A stretch of DNA of 64,000 bases from Blastocystis sp. Blastoise (lineage: Eukaryota; Protista; Bigyra: Opalinata), in the NCBI GenBank assembly GCA_039096225.1, contig JBBPEB010000019.1, forward strand, positions 124,001 to 188,000, in the 5' to 3' direction. Under the pieces are notes generated by a model. The model saw only the letters and a program-made list of their open reading frames with translations. It ran no database searches and was not told the DNA's origin. Made by a program: the position numbers and the translations under genes. Below, one piece after another: positions 43,804 to 62,015 of this stretch (positions within the stretch are counted from its first letter, which is position 1; each line of letters starts with the position of its first letter).

Positions 43804-44095
43804 TTTATTTATAGACTATATTAATTACTAAGTGTTCTCTTAAATATATAAATGATTAATAGAACCAATAATACTGTCTATAATGAGAATGATAGCTAGA
43901 TTAATTATAAAAAAGTATAGTATCCTTTACCGTTAATTGTGGGGATCCAACAAAAATGGGCATAAAAAAGCATATTCTCATAAGTTTATGGATGCTCCAT
44001 ATATTTATGGAGAAAACAGCAAACTAAAGAACTATTGTTTGTTTGATACCCTTTCAACATTCAACTAATATTATAATAAATTATTTATCAACAAG

Positions 44096-44812
44096 ATGGA
44101 TTCCAAACAACAAACTGCTTTAAATGATCAAAACAATACTTCAACAGCAAATGAAGCTGTTGAACAAAAAGAAAACAATAAAAAGAATATTGTAATTCCT
44201 AAGGGTGCTCCCAAAGGAGGAAGAACTTGGAAAGATCCTGCTATTCAAAAGTTTACTTCTATGAAATATGAAGGTAATCCTCAATTGAAAACGACTTGGG
44301 ATATGAAAAAACAACAACGTGACGCTAAACGAAGAATGAAAGATCTTGAAAATCAAATTATCGAAGATAGAAAAGAACAGAAACGTGTATATATTATGAA
44401 TTATACTATTATTATATTATTTAAATATGTTTTTATTATAATAAAAAAAAATTTTAATTTACTTTTTCTCTAGGAACATAAAAAGAAAATTGAAGAACAT
44501 GCTAAGAGACGTGCTCAAAATGAACTTCGTTCTGCTAAGATTCAAGTTGTATGTATTCGGAGATTTTTTTTTGTTATTATGTTTTATTATGTTTTATTAT
44601 ATATTTATTTTTTTTTATTATTTTTATATATATTTATTTTTTTTTTAATTATTATTATATATATTTATTATTATTATATTTTATTATATATATTATAGTT
44701 ATCCGATCCTACTAAGATAAAGGCTATGAGTAAGAAACAACTTCGTCAAATTAAAAAGTCTCGTATGAATGCTAATGGAGAAATCGAATATGTCAGTCCT
44801 TATGCTAAGTAA
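44096..44812 (+). CDS. CCDC86: CCDC86/Cgr1-family nucleolar protein (3 exons)
   Basis: PKGAPKGGRTWK...KTTWDMK...RRAQNELRSAKIQV...KKQLRQIKK. Introns 44387-44473 and 44549-44698. Confidence 0.82.
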
Positions 44813-45214
44813 AATATATATATTCTTTATTTATATGAATATATTCTAAAATATTTTTAATTTAGTAAAAATATGTCTCTATTATAGTTATATAATTCTA
44901 TTTATGATATATAATAATTCATTTTGTATAAAACTTTTCTTTTTTCTTATCTTTATGTTAATGTTTCTATTATTTGTTAAATTATCTATTTGTGTTTAAT
45001 GTTTGAAAAAAAAAATAAAAATGTATTTTTGTTGTTTTTTGGGTAAATAAAAAAATTATAATTAAAAAAACAAAAAAAAAATATTAAAATCATATATCTA
45101 CCATCAAACAACACAACAAATAATAAAAAAATATTTTTTGAAATTACTAATATGTAATTCATATTATTAACATATTTTTTTTTATTTTTTTTCTAAGAAA
45201 AAAAAAGGAAAAAT

Positions 45215-45728
45215 TTAATTTTTGTTACTATTCATTTGATTCATAAATTCTTCTATTTTTTGCATCTAGAAATATATAAATTAATTGCTGTGAATATTTA
45301 GAAATACGAAAAGAGGATCTTTGCGAGCACATAGTTTGACATCACTCACGTTGATTGTGCTTCGTTTTCCGTGTGTAGCAAACATTTCAAGATCTTTCGC
45401 ATAGGATTCTAAAAAAAATATTAATTTTATTAAATGTTTAATTACCAGAGTAATTCATTAATAACTCACATAAAGTGGCAACAGCCTATTTTTATACAAT
45501 TAATCAATCATATTTTATATATACATCTCTCGTAACAGTGAATCCATTCTTTTCTCCTATATAATACTGCTATTAAACAAGAAATTAAAGTCAAAATTAC
45601 CTTCTTCCTCACAAATTTTAAGAATTGTGAAATAAATAGAATTCTTCAAAGACTATAGATTATAATAGGTCTGGTAAAAATCAATTATTTACTGTCATCG
45701 CTTGAACATCTTGATTTGTATCTGTCAT
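45215..45728 (-). CDS. CENPS: CENP-S / MHF1 histone-fold protein (6 exons, absent from the ORF track)
   Basis: Spliced product reads SLKNSIYFTILKICEEE...YAKDLEMFATHGKRSTINVSDVKLCARK. Five canonical introns. Confidence 0.88.
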
Positions 45729-46125
45729 TTTGAACAATAAATTATTAAATAGTATATATATTATTATGTAATACTTAAATCAATGATTTAATTTAAATAA
45801 AAGCTAGAAATAAATATTAAAAATCAAATCAATTCTTTTCAGAAAACAATTTATATACAGATACTAGAGAGGATTTATTTTCAGAATATTTCAAGAAGAA
45901 TTCCAATAATATTTCTGAAATGAAAACTCTAGAGTTTCTAGGATTTTCTGTTTTTCTCCATAAAGAAATAAGAGAAATCCAGGGGGTCATGTAAAATGGT
46001 AGCTTTCTATTATTTTTCCTTGTGTAAATGAAAACTTAGGGGTTGTCGAGTTTTTGACAAAATGTTTTTATTTTTGGAAAGGCAATATATATATATTGTT
46101 GATATTCCCACCTACACAATTTAAT

Positions 46126-47261
46126 ATGGCTACTGCTAACGATATTAAGTTATTTGGCAAATGGTATGAGATGATTCACTGAATATTTTTTAAATATGAA
46201 TAATTATCATTAATATTATTCTTTAACTGTCAATTAAAATGATTTTTTCTTACTTTTATATTCTATTGGAGTTTCGAAGGAATCGAAATTACCGATATGG
46301 CTGTTAAGGTATATATATTTTTTGTGTTTATTTGTAATTAATTGTATATAGGATCACATTGCTGCTCATCCTAAGAACGCTACTTATCTTCCCCACACTG
46401 CTGGTCGTTATCAACTCAAGAGATTCCGTAAGGGTCAAGTATGTGATTTTTTTTAATTATTTATTGTTATTTTATTAGTTTTTTTTTATTATTTGTGTTA
46501 TTTTAATTATTATTCAATTAAATATTTATATATTAATCCATTATAATGTCCTCTTGTTGAAAGACTTGCTAACTGTCTTATGTTCCATGGTCGTAACACT
46601 GGTAAGAAACTTAACGCTATGAAGATTGTTGAATCTGCTTTTGATATCATCAACCTCATGACCGATAGAAACCCCATTGAAGTATTTATTTTTATTATTT
46701 ATTATTGTTATTATTTATTATTATTTATTATTGTTATTTATTATTGTTATAATTTATTTATTATTATTTATTTATTATTATTTATTTATTATTATTTATT
46801 TATTATTATTTATTTATTATTATTTATTTATTATTATTCATTTTCTATATTCTTCTTCTATAGGTCGTCATTGATGCCGTTATCAATGCTGGTCCTCGTG
46901 AAGATTCTACCCGTATCGGTAGTGGTGGTGTTGTTCGTCGTCAAGCTGTCGATGTCTCCCCCTTCAGACGTGTTTCTTATGCTCTTAGTCTTCTTACCCA
47001 AGGTGCATGTATTTTATTTATTATGTTTATTTATTAATTTCTATATCATTATTGTTTCCTAATATATATATATAACACAATATAAATAATTAATAATAAT
47101 TCTATATATATAAATGTGCTCGTGAAGCTTCTTTCCGTAACCTCAAGTCTATGTCTGAATGTTTAGCTGATGAACTCATCAACGCTTCTAAGGGTTCTTC
47201 TAACTCTTATGCTATTAAGAAGAAGGATGAAATTGAACGTGTTGCTAAGGCTAACCGATAA
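46126..47261 (+). CDS. RPS5: 40S ribosomal protein S5 (uS7), 6 exons
   Basis: IKLFGKW...PHTAGRY...CPLVERL...[10 protein letters not shown]...RRQAVDVSP...[30 protein letters not shown]. Exons 46126-46163, 46269-46308, 46352-46438, 46547-46681, 46864-47002 and 47116-47261. Confidence 0.97.
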
Positions 47262-48117
47262 GGGCTCTACCTTATACAGATATTTATATATTTATTTCTT
47301 ATATATATTATCTGTATTAAAAGGAGGTGTGGTGGTCTCCATTGTTTTTATCAACGATAATCCAAAAATAGATATCCATCGTTTTGTTTTTCATTTTTTT
47401 TTTATTATTCATTTTTCACTTTTTTTCATATTATTCATTATATGTCATTTAAATTTTTTTTTTTGACTTTGAAAAAACATTGCCTTGTTCATATTTTATG
47501 GTTATTAAAGAATAATGAAAAAAAAACAATAATAAGGCAAATTGTGAAATAAAATGAAAGTCAAACAAAACAAATGACGATAATAATTATTAAAACATTA
47601 AACTACTAGAAAAAAAATAAATTGTTATGTTCTCATTCCCTCAGAATAAGTCCTCAAAGAGTAATCAGTACCGAAAAAAAATAATCATTGAACATAACAT
47701 TACATAATAATAATAATATATATATATATAAACTTTCACTTACTAGAATACATTAAATTCACTATGACAATAGCATAATTATCACGTCACAAACATTTTA
47801 TAAACAAGAAAGATTAAATAATAAATAATGTCAAAAAAGGATTGAAGAGAAACAAATCACATCAGAATCAAAAGAATGACATTTCTCTTAAACACTGGAA
47901 ATTACTAACACACAACAACCTTGGATTGACTCAATAAAGAAAAGAGATTCGGATGTGTAAAACCATGAGAATCACAATTATTCTGATACCTTTCTTTTTT
48001 GCTGACAATTGTTGAAATCATATTCAGTTCCGAACGAAAATTCATAAAAATAATTTTGTTTTATAAAAAAAATTGTTTTATTATTTGTGAATTATTTCCA
48101 AATTGAATTATTTAAAA

Positions 48118-48856
48118 ATGTTAAAGAGGTAATTAAATAAAGTATTGAATCATTTATCTGCGTAGTCATATTTCTCCTTCTGTTTTATCTTCCGATTTCT
48201 CTCATTTAGCTGAAGAATCAAATAGAATGCTTTCTGTATATATTCTTGTTTGATTAAAAATATATTGTATAACTATTATAGAGTGGTGCTGACTGGATTC
48301 ATTTAGATGTCATGGTATGTTTTCATTATTTTGTTTTTATTCATCCTTTATTATTATTTATTTTATCTATAGGATGGGTAAATTATATCATACAATCAAT
48401 CATAATCATTTTTTGTAGACATTTTGTTCCTAATCTCACTTTTGGTGCTCCTGTCATCAAATGTTTACGTAAAAACTGCACTGGTTTCTTTGATTGTCAT
48501 TTGATGGTTGAGAATCCTGCTTTTTATATTAATGATATGGCTAAAGCTGGTGTCGATCAATTTATATTTCATGTAGAAGCTGTAGGTATGATTTTATTCA
48601 TTATAAATATATTATTATGAATGTTATTTATGAATATTTTCTTGGGTAAAATAAAATAATTAGTTTCTTTTTATAATATAATAATTATATAATAATTATA
48701 TAATATATATATATATCTTCTTCTTATAGAGAATGTAAAGGAAGTCATGGAAGCTGTTAAAGCTGCAGGAATGAAAGTAGGTCTCGCTGTTAAACCCAAT
48801 ACTCCCGTTGAATCTGTATTCCCCTTTGCTAAAGAACTGTATGTTATTGTTATTAA

Positions 48857-48932
<76 letters not shown>

Positions 48933-49329
48933 TTTATTTTTATTTTTATTTTTATTTTTATTATATATATATTATAAATAAGAAATAAGTTATTATAAAT
49001 ATAAAGTGATGAAGTTTTAATTATGGGTGTTGAACCTGGATTTAGTGGTCAGAAATTTAAGCCTGAATGTGTTAATAAAATAAAAGCTTTAAGAACAAAT
49101 TTCCCTTCTTTAAATATTGGTATTGATGGTGGTGTTAATAACGAAACTATCGGTGCTGTCACTGAAGCTGGTATATATATATATAACATATACTATATAT
49201 TCAATATTATTTTTATAAATACATTATATAGGTGCTAATGTTGTTATTTCTGGTTCTGCTCTTTTCAATTCGACTGAACCTGCAAAATTCATTCAAGAAT
49301 TAAGATCTGAAATTGAAAAAAATTTATAA
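48118..49329 (+). CDS. RPE: Ribulose-phosphate 3-epimerase, 8 exons
   Basis: [10 protein letters not shown]...[18 protein letters not shown]...FDCHLMV...[10 protein letters not shown]...IDGGV...GANVVISGS. Confidence 0.95.
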
Positions 49330-49664
49330 ATTAGTATTTTTTAGTCTTTCTGTCACTCATTGTTTTTTTTATTTGTTGTTATTTACTTGTTTTTATAATC
49401 TTCTTTTGTTCATTTCATCTGTTTCATTCTGAAAACATATATATATATCGAATAAAAATCTATGTTATAAAAAAAGAAAACTATAAAAAACATTGTTGAA
49501 CACAAAAAAAATGAAAAAAAAATCGAAAACTGGAAGTTCGTTTCTTTTTTCAGAACTTTCTCTTTTTTATAAAAATGAACGAGAAGTACCTTTTAAAATA
49601 AAAATTTTCATCTAAAATTTTTTGCTTATTTAATTATTTATTATCATTTTAATTATACCATTTC

Positions 49665-53115
<3,451 letters not shown>

Positions 53116-54110
53116 TCATGTTGTTTCTTAACTATAGTATCATTATTAATCATTATTATTATCATATTTTTCTTCTTTTTGTTTTTCTTTGTTTGTTTTC
53201 TCTAATTATCTTATTTTATTTACCATTTTCATATATATATATAATATTTTGATTGATTCTCTAGTATATATATTTATATTAAATACATTATTCCATTGTT
53301 AAACATTTTTTTTTTATATAATAAACTAAAGATTAGAATCCATTTATTGTGATATATTTTGTTCTTTTTTTACTATATTAGATTCTTAATTCTAGAATGA
53401 ATAAATAACATAGAAGAAAGAAAAGTATAATTAGTATATTTTTTTTTAAAGAAAAACATGGTTAAAAATTTAATAAGCAAAAAATCATCATCAAATAAGA
53501 CTCATAACATCTAAAAAAATTCAGTCTCATGTTTTTTGAAAAAAAAAATAATCACATGTTTAATAAAATGATTTTTAACTTCTATATAAAGTTTAACAGA
53601 ATACGCTACTCATAATAATAGTTAAACCATGTTCTGAACATAACGTTTGATATAACAAATCATAAAAAATTACAACCATGTCCTGAACCTAGGAGTCTTA
53701 TATCTTTTTTTATTTCATACATCTGCTTGCTAGTATTCTAGAGACAAATTCAAAAATGATTACATCATGTGAAACTGATATATATATAAACAACCTAAAT
53801 TAAGTTTTAAAATTTTAGATTTGCTCTATATTTTTATTTCTAACTATCTCAGAGTCTCTATAAGAATAATGAATGTATCAGAAACTGAAATAAAGGGACT
53901 TTTCTTTTCAAAAAACAAATTGCTTGCTTCTGATACGTTGATTTTGAAACACTTCTATTCTAAAAAATTTAAAAAAAGCAATTGGCTTTTTAATAAATGT
54001 GGTTATTTTTTGAAAATCAATAAAAAAAACATTTTATTCATAAATAGGAATTTCATTAGTTAATAAGTATTAACTACATTTCTTTTTCGTCTATGAAGTG
54101 AACAGTAGGT

Positions 54111-57100
54111 ATGCATCAGTATTATTTGCGTACTATATTGTTTGCTTATCTGTTCTGTGCATTCTTCTGTATATTACATGTGATCTACAATGTTTATATA
54201 TATATAATCTATAGTAAATCTTGTTTCTGGGGAATGCAGCAATGGTACAATACAAGTAACTATTGTTAGGCATTATAAGAAACAGTGCAATTCAGAATTC
54301 ACTTATTTGTATAGTGGTTACCCGAATAGACTTGTTCAAATAGCTGATTTTGAAAGCCAAGATGGTTGTGATATTGATGTGAATCGAACATTATGCTTAA
54401 AACAAGAATTATATATGTTTGATGTTCGACAAGAGTATTTAATATATATTTATTGATAAGAATCATTTTTTTAAAATTATTTATGATTGTTTAGATATAT
54501 ATGTATATTTTATGCTTCTTTAGAAACGGATTAGGTTGGTATTCAGGTAGCTCATTAGATGTATATATTGGTGACTTTTTCATTTATCACAATTATTTAA
54601 ATCGAAAACAATCAGACCAATGGTTTTTTTATCGTATATATTATTATTATTTTATTATTATTTTTTTTATGTAATTTTTTTTCATATTTTTTCTTTCTTT
54701 TTGGTTATTATTATTATTATTTATTTTTTTTAATATTCTGTCTTTCTTTTCGTTTATTCTTATTATTATATGATTATTTTTGTTCATAATTTATATACAT
54801 TTATATTCCATTTTTTTAAAATTAACTAGATATACATATATATATTTCTAATTATCTATATCCATATATATTAGTTTTTTATAATAATACTTATATATAG
54901 CATATTATTTGATATCTGAGGTTTCTATATGGAAAATGACAAGTACTCGTCAATATGAAGTGACTTGGTATTCTACTACTTATAATGATTCTTCATGGAC
55001 TAATTTGATTTCCAATACACAATTTCGTTTTCAAGCGATTACTCAATATTTTCGATATTCATTTCTATTAACAGATTTACCTTCAGGTCTAAATTTTTAT
55101 AATTTCTTCTTTTATACTCAATATGGATATGTAATATATTTTAATGGAGATGAAGTTACTAGACGATATATTAACTCAGGACAAATTATTCATCCTGATT
55201 TATATTCTCCTCAAAAAGATACAACTTCACAAATTCAGTCAGTTTCAGGCCGATTATTAAATCATTTTTCACTTAAAGGATTCAATTCGATAGCTATTGA
55301 AATTCATATATATCAAGGAGAAGGAACTCCTTCATGTATATTCAATCCTTCTATGTTTTTATTATATGGTGAATCCTTATTAAGATCTTCTTCTTCTCTT
55401 CTTCAACCTGTAGATACATCTATTGATACTACTAATTTTAATAATTTATTAGATGAAAACTTATTAACTTCATGGAAATGTACTTTATATAATAATAATT
55501 GTATGTTAAAAATTCAATTTCCTGAAAGACACTATGAGTTTATTAATTCCTATTCTATTACTACTTCTCAAGATCGAGATACTTCTGATCCAATGGATTT
55601 TACTTTATATGGATCTACAAATAATCAACAATATATACCTATAGATATAAGAAAACATGCTGGCTTTCAAGGAAGAAATGAAGCCAAACAATTCTTTTTA
55701 TTTTCAAATATAATTCCTTATCGTTATTATCGATTCGATATTCATACTAAATCTGGCGATTCAGACACGATTTCTGTAGCTGAATTTGCTTTTTATTTAT
55801 ATGATTTATCTCGACTTAGTGTTTTAAAATATTCTAATGATAATATTATTGCTTATAAGGATATAGATACATTAGAAATAGCACCTATGACAGCTGGATT
55901 CTCTAGTTATATATTTGATAGTTCTCCTTTCTCTTTACCCAAAGGACTTTCATATAATAGTAATACTGGTATTATATCCGGTATTCCTGAATCTCTATTT
56001 AATAATACTATTCGAATATCAGCAATTAACCAACAACTCTATACTACTGATACTACTTATATACATCTTGCTATTATTACATGTGAAGGACCTAATATGT
56101 TTTATATAAATATATCACAAGTTATACAAAATAAAACAACTAATGATGAATATTATAAACTTTATATACCTCTTAAAGATCTCTATTTGAATTATAAAGA
56201 CTATTCTTTTACTTCTATTTTTAATCAAATAACTAATACTAGTGAATATTCCTTATATTATGATTCTACATGGACTTCATATAGTCAATATATCTATTCT
56301 ATTGAAAATATACATACATCCTTTTCATCAACTATTACAGAGATTCTTATTAATAATAATAATACAAACTCTACCAGTAATAAGAATTATCTTAGAACTA
56401 CAAATACTCTCTTTTGTGTTCCTTCTAATTTTTATATTATTCAATTAATTGATCGAAATGCTGATATTTGGGCTACTTCTTCTTTTATTACTATTTCTTA
56501 TATATCTACTAATGATGAATATCCTCTTTTTAAATCTACTTTATATCATACAGAATCTTCTTCTTATCTACTTCATTTAAATTTCAATGTTTTTACAAAG
56601 AATCGAAATACATATTGTTATAATTCTTTAGTAGATATCCCTCCTTCTTCGTGGTATACACCTAATTATTCTATTGATTCTTCATGGAAATCGTGTTTAT
56701 ATGATGATGATTCTACTATATTAAATACAAATAATCATTATATGATTAGTAAATTTCATATAAATCATAGTCTATTATATCAAAGTGTAGCCATTCGTTT
56801 ATATTCAATGTGTAATGTAGATATGTATTTAAATGGATACTCTATATATACTATTCATCTTTGTTCTCCCAATAATACTATTTCTATAGATACTTCTACA
56901 GATATATATTCTTATCGAACTGTGCATATTGATAGTTCTTATTTAAGAGAAGGAGAAAATACATTAGCTATACATGAACAAATCAATACTACTCAAATAA
57001 ATAATATATCACAAAGAAATCATTATTATTATTATCATAATACTAAAGAAGAATATAATAATAAGGATTCAACAATATTAAGATTTCGTTATACTGTTCT

Positions 57101-60100
57101 TTGTTTATGTTCTTCTTCTCATTCTTCAAGAACAATCAATTCACTTATTTATTCACCTGTTTATGACTCACCAGATCTCTATAATTTAATTGATAAAAAT
57201 TTATATTCAAGTATATTTATATATGAAAATAATATAACATCGACTACGGATATCTCTTCCAAACAAATAGTTGAATTTCCCGTGTTTATTGAGACAAATA
57301 TTCCTTCTTCTGTAGAGTATATGAATCGATATTGTATACATAGTGCTTATTTGACTCATTTTCATCAATTCTTTACTATTACTGTATATGGTTGTATGTA
57401 TACATCAATAAATACAACACTTTCAACGATAGAACCCTATAGAAATAATACTACTATTCAATGTATATTAATTGATACAGTTACTAATATTACATTCAGT
57501 CCATTCAATCATTTATATTGTCGACATATTAATAGTCATTCTATATCCTATACTCTATATAAATTTATTATATCTACTGAAAGTATAGCAACTTCATTAT
57601 TCTTTTCATCCATGTCACCTTCTAAAGAATCTCCATTATTCTCACTATCTGAAATTGGCTTATATTCTCTGAATTTTGCATCGATTCTCATAAGTCCTCT
57701 CTCTTATCCTTATAGTAATGTGATTGTATATCGTTTCAATGAAATCTCAACATTAATTCCTTCTCCTTACTATAGTCAATTCTATATAGAAAAAGGAATA
57801 TTACCAAAAGGTCTCTCTTTAGATTCTACTATGGGATATATTACTGGTACTATTCTAGATTCTCTAGGTAACTATACAATAACTATAGCTGCTTATTCTA
57901 TTGAGAATCAACTCATGTATACTACATTATGTATACAAGTAATTACTTGTGACTCTCCATTTGGATCATTGTTACTTCAATTTAAAAATATACTCTATGA
58001 TTCTTCTCCTCTTTATTCTTTTTCTATTATTAATAAAGAAGGTATTTCGGTAGTACATCAACCTTTTGTTGATGCTTTCTTTGCTTCCTTTACATATTGT
58101 CTTCCTTTTAATAGTTATATATTAATATTAGAAGATGAACAAGGGTTAGGATGGGGTAAAACTACAGTCAATCTATATTTAAATGGAAAATACCCATTAG
58201 GGAAATATAGTATTGGATATCAACAATATATAAAAAAGATTCCTTTTGTAATTAGTGATTCTATTGATTTCTATAGTACTTCCTGGACATTTCGTGTCAA
58301 TAAATCGATTCCTCTTCCTCTTAATAATGATTGGATGATTTCTGAAGAGGCTCCTTCTGATTGGACATTAGGGACATTATCATCTATTTCTAATTATGAA
58401 GATATTACTCAATATTTTCGTACTACTTTATATATTGTTGATTTATCTCAATTTATTGGATTATTCTATAATATATATACTACTTGTGGTATAATTCTAT
58501 ATATAAATGGAATAGAATTAACTCGTATGAATATGCTATTATATGAAGTTATTCAGTATAACACTCCATGTTTATTATATTATGAAGATGGAGAAGAATA
58601 TAGTCAATCTATATATATATCAAATATGAATGATTTCTTTCATAATGGAAATAATATTATTAGTTTTGAAATGCATGGATATACTATAAATACTATCAAT
58701 AATCTCTTGGATTTCGATATATATTTAATTTATGATTCTATAGATAGAACTCCTTTAGGAAGTGTTATAACTAAAATGTCTTTGTTACCAGGATATGATA
58801 CACGTTACTTAACGGATGGAACACAATTTACAAAATGGAAAAGTTATCGTGGGAATATTTTTGATAATATAATTACATTTAAATTTGATTCGAATATATA
58901 TGAATATATTACTACTTATAGTATATCAAATACTTATGATTGTAATAATATGATACCTTCTGGATGGTTATTATTTGGTAGTAATGATGATAATCATAAT
59001 TTAGAATTATTATCTACTGTTCAGAATCATTATTTCACATCTTATGGTGATACTTCCTATTTTAATATTATTATCCATAAACCTTATAAGTGGTATACAT
59101 TCTTTTTTAATGAATTTCTTAATAAAGAAATTGATACTACATATACTATATCGAATAACAATAAAACAAATGATTCTATTGTTGTTCCTTTATATGATTA
59201 TCAATCGGATATTCCATCATTCATACCTCAAACAAACCCTCAATGTACATTAAACAATCTTATTCAATTATCTTCAATTCATTTCTTTATAACAAAACCA
59301 AAAACTTATTGTAATTCTACTTCTGATGGGTATATTGCTGTTGCTAATAATACTTATAGTTATAAAATGTGTGATTCAAGTCATATAGGGTTTAAAAAGA
59401 GATTATGTATAGATGGAATATTTCAGGAAGAAGATTCTTCAGATTGTCATTTAATTCTTCCTACAGATTTCTATTATTATGAATATATATTAACATTACT
59501 TATGACTTCTCCTTCTCTATATCTTACTCCTCATTATAATGGTATTAATCTTACGTTCTATAGTGTTCCTACTCTTCCTAATGGACTTCGATTAGATACA
59601 TCTACAGGTATTATATCCGGTATAGTCACACAAGAACAATCTTTAAAAACATATACTATTACTGCAGAAAATGATATTGGATCTATATCAACCGATATAC
59701 ATATTCAAGTACTCACTAATAATCATGATATATATTGTGACATAGATGGTCTTTGGCCACGATCTACTATTGGTTCAAAAGTATACTTACAATGTGAATC
59801 AAGTGAAGATACGGGATCTTTATATCGTTATTGTACATATAGTAACAATCAAGGAATGTGGTTAGCTCCTGTTAATAATTGTTCCAATCCATCAAATTAC
59901 GTTTCATTCTTCTATATATCATCAACTGCATATATTCTACTCAATCATACTGTTCAAATCTCTCCAATAACCACAGGAATTATCACTAAATGGTTTTTAT
60001 CTCCTTCTTATTTACCAAAAGGTATTAATTTCTCCAATGGAAGTTTCTCTGGAATTCTACATGAATTATTAAATAATATAACTTATTATATATTTATATA

Positions 60101-62015
60101 TTCTCATGAGAACTATTATTCTCAATCATTAACTTTAGTAACATTAGAGAAAGGATGTATGTCTGATGATGAATGGCCTATTATACCTATTAATATGGAA
60201 TATTCTCTTCCTTGTGAATATCCCAATAATACAGGATCTATCACTAGACGATGTGAAGATAATCACGGGAATGCGCAATGGGGTGAAATCCATAATACTT
60301 GTCATTCTATTCCTCCTCAAATCTCCTATAGTATAGAATGTCTATATTATGTATCTCATGTCTATTATGTATTCCCTGTGGTTTGTATAGGAGATTGTCA
60401 ACGTTATACTATTTCTCCTGATCTTCCTTCTTCTCTTCATTTTAACGAACATACTGGATCTATATTTGGTATATTCTCTACTCCTGTTAATTATACAACA
60501 TATACAGTTACTGCTTATGGTCCATATTTTCATAGTTCTACTACTTTCTCTTGGACTGTTCTCTATATATCTTGCTTACAAGAGTTGAATTGGCCTGAAA
60601 CACTAAAAGGAGAAACTGCACAAATTCCTTGTACAGACCCTCTTAAAGATGGAAATATGTCTCGTACATGCAGTGACACAAATCCTGCTTATTGGTTAGA
60701 ACCTTTATTAGAATGTACATATAAATATCCTTACGTTCATTATACTTCTGAATTATTTTATGTTTATCTTGGATATAATACAAGTATTATTCCTATAACA
60801 CAGAATTATATTCAAAATTGGACTATTGTGCCTTCTATTCAGGATGGTCTTCTATTTAATACGTCGAATGGAGCTATTACGGGAAGTCCAAAGTATAATT
60901 TACCAAGTATATCCTATAGAATTAAGGCTAGTAATATTGATAGAGTAACTACTATATATTTATCGATAACATCAACTGATTTATTTTGTGATGAAGATAA
61001 TGATTGGCCAGTTACTTCTATAAATCAAACTACATTTATTAATTGCCCATTACATACTCCTGGGTTTATTACTAGAGATTGTCTTCCTAAAGAAGATCTA
61101 TCACAATCAATTTGGAAACAATATAAATATAAATATATATCTTTTTCTAGTTTTTATGAATATGTAATAAAAGAATATAATTATTCATTACAACAACATC
61201 CCCACGGGAATAAAGACAAGCAAATGAATAAGGATACTATATATAAGAATAATGATATATATAAATTGAATAATGCATTCACTAAGAATATATCAGATAC
61301 AATTATATATAGATCTTTTGCCCAAGGAATATGGGCTTCTTCTATACATAATAATTGTTATAAACAAGATTTTATTGATATACCAACAAACGGATATCAA
61401 TTTGTGTTTATTCCCGTGATTATCTCTACTTCTTATTCAATGACATTAAATGCGATGAATCTTGGTCATTTATATATGTCATTAGAAGCTATACTTTATC
61501 AATTATCCGTAGATTATATTAATTTAAGGATATATTCAGTAGAATCCAATAAAACGAATTTTCTTGCTAATTCAACTGTTACTTTTAAAGTTTCTATTTC
61601 TCAATACAATATACAAGATACATTACATAATATCACAGAAGCTATGGATTCTACTTATTATTTTCTAGTAGCTATTTATAATATTCATGATTATACAGAA
61701 TGGACATTTCAATTTCCTTCTATTTCTGTCATTCCAATATCCAATATATTTCGATATATTTTTGAGCATTATTTATTTATCTATATAATATCAATCCTAT
61801 TACTATGTATATTCTTATTCTCTATTATATATTTCCCTTATAAAAGATATCAACGTAAACAATTAAAACTCAATAAATCTTTAAGAAGAAGGAAATCAGT
61901 ATATGTCTCACAAAATGATCTTGGAATTATGCTTACAGATATCCATGAAGAACCTCATATTCCCGCGGGAGATCCTTCTCCTCCTACGTTTTCTGAATAT
62001 TTCCATCTTTTGTAA
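54111..62015 (+). CDS. Very large (~2500 aa) single-pass surface protein with discoidin-like, putative Ig and HRM-like Cys modules
   Basis: Three short 5' exons (signal peptide MHQYYLRTILFAYLFCAFF) splice into a 7.1-kb exon. Repeated LP.GL.....TG.ISG and C....WP......C....G...R.C.....W.....C motifs, and a C-terminal TM segment. Confidence 0.83.

Noticed and set aside
46164-46268. Box C/D snoRNA in RPS5 intron 1 (ATGAT...CTGA)
   Set aside because: The motifs are only a few nt apart, with no terminal D box or guide region visible.
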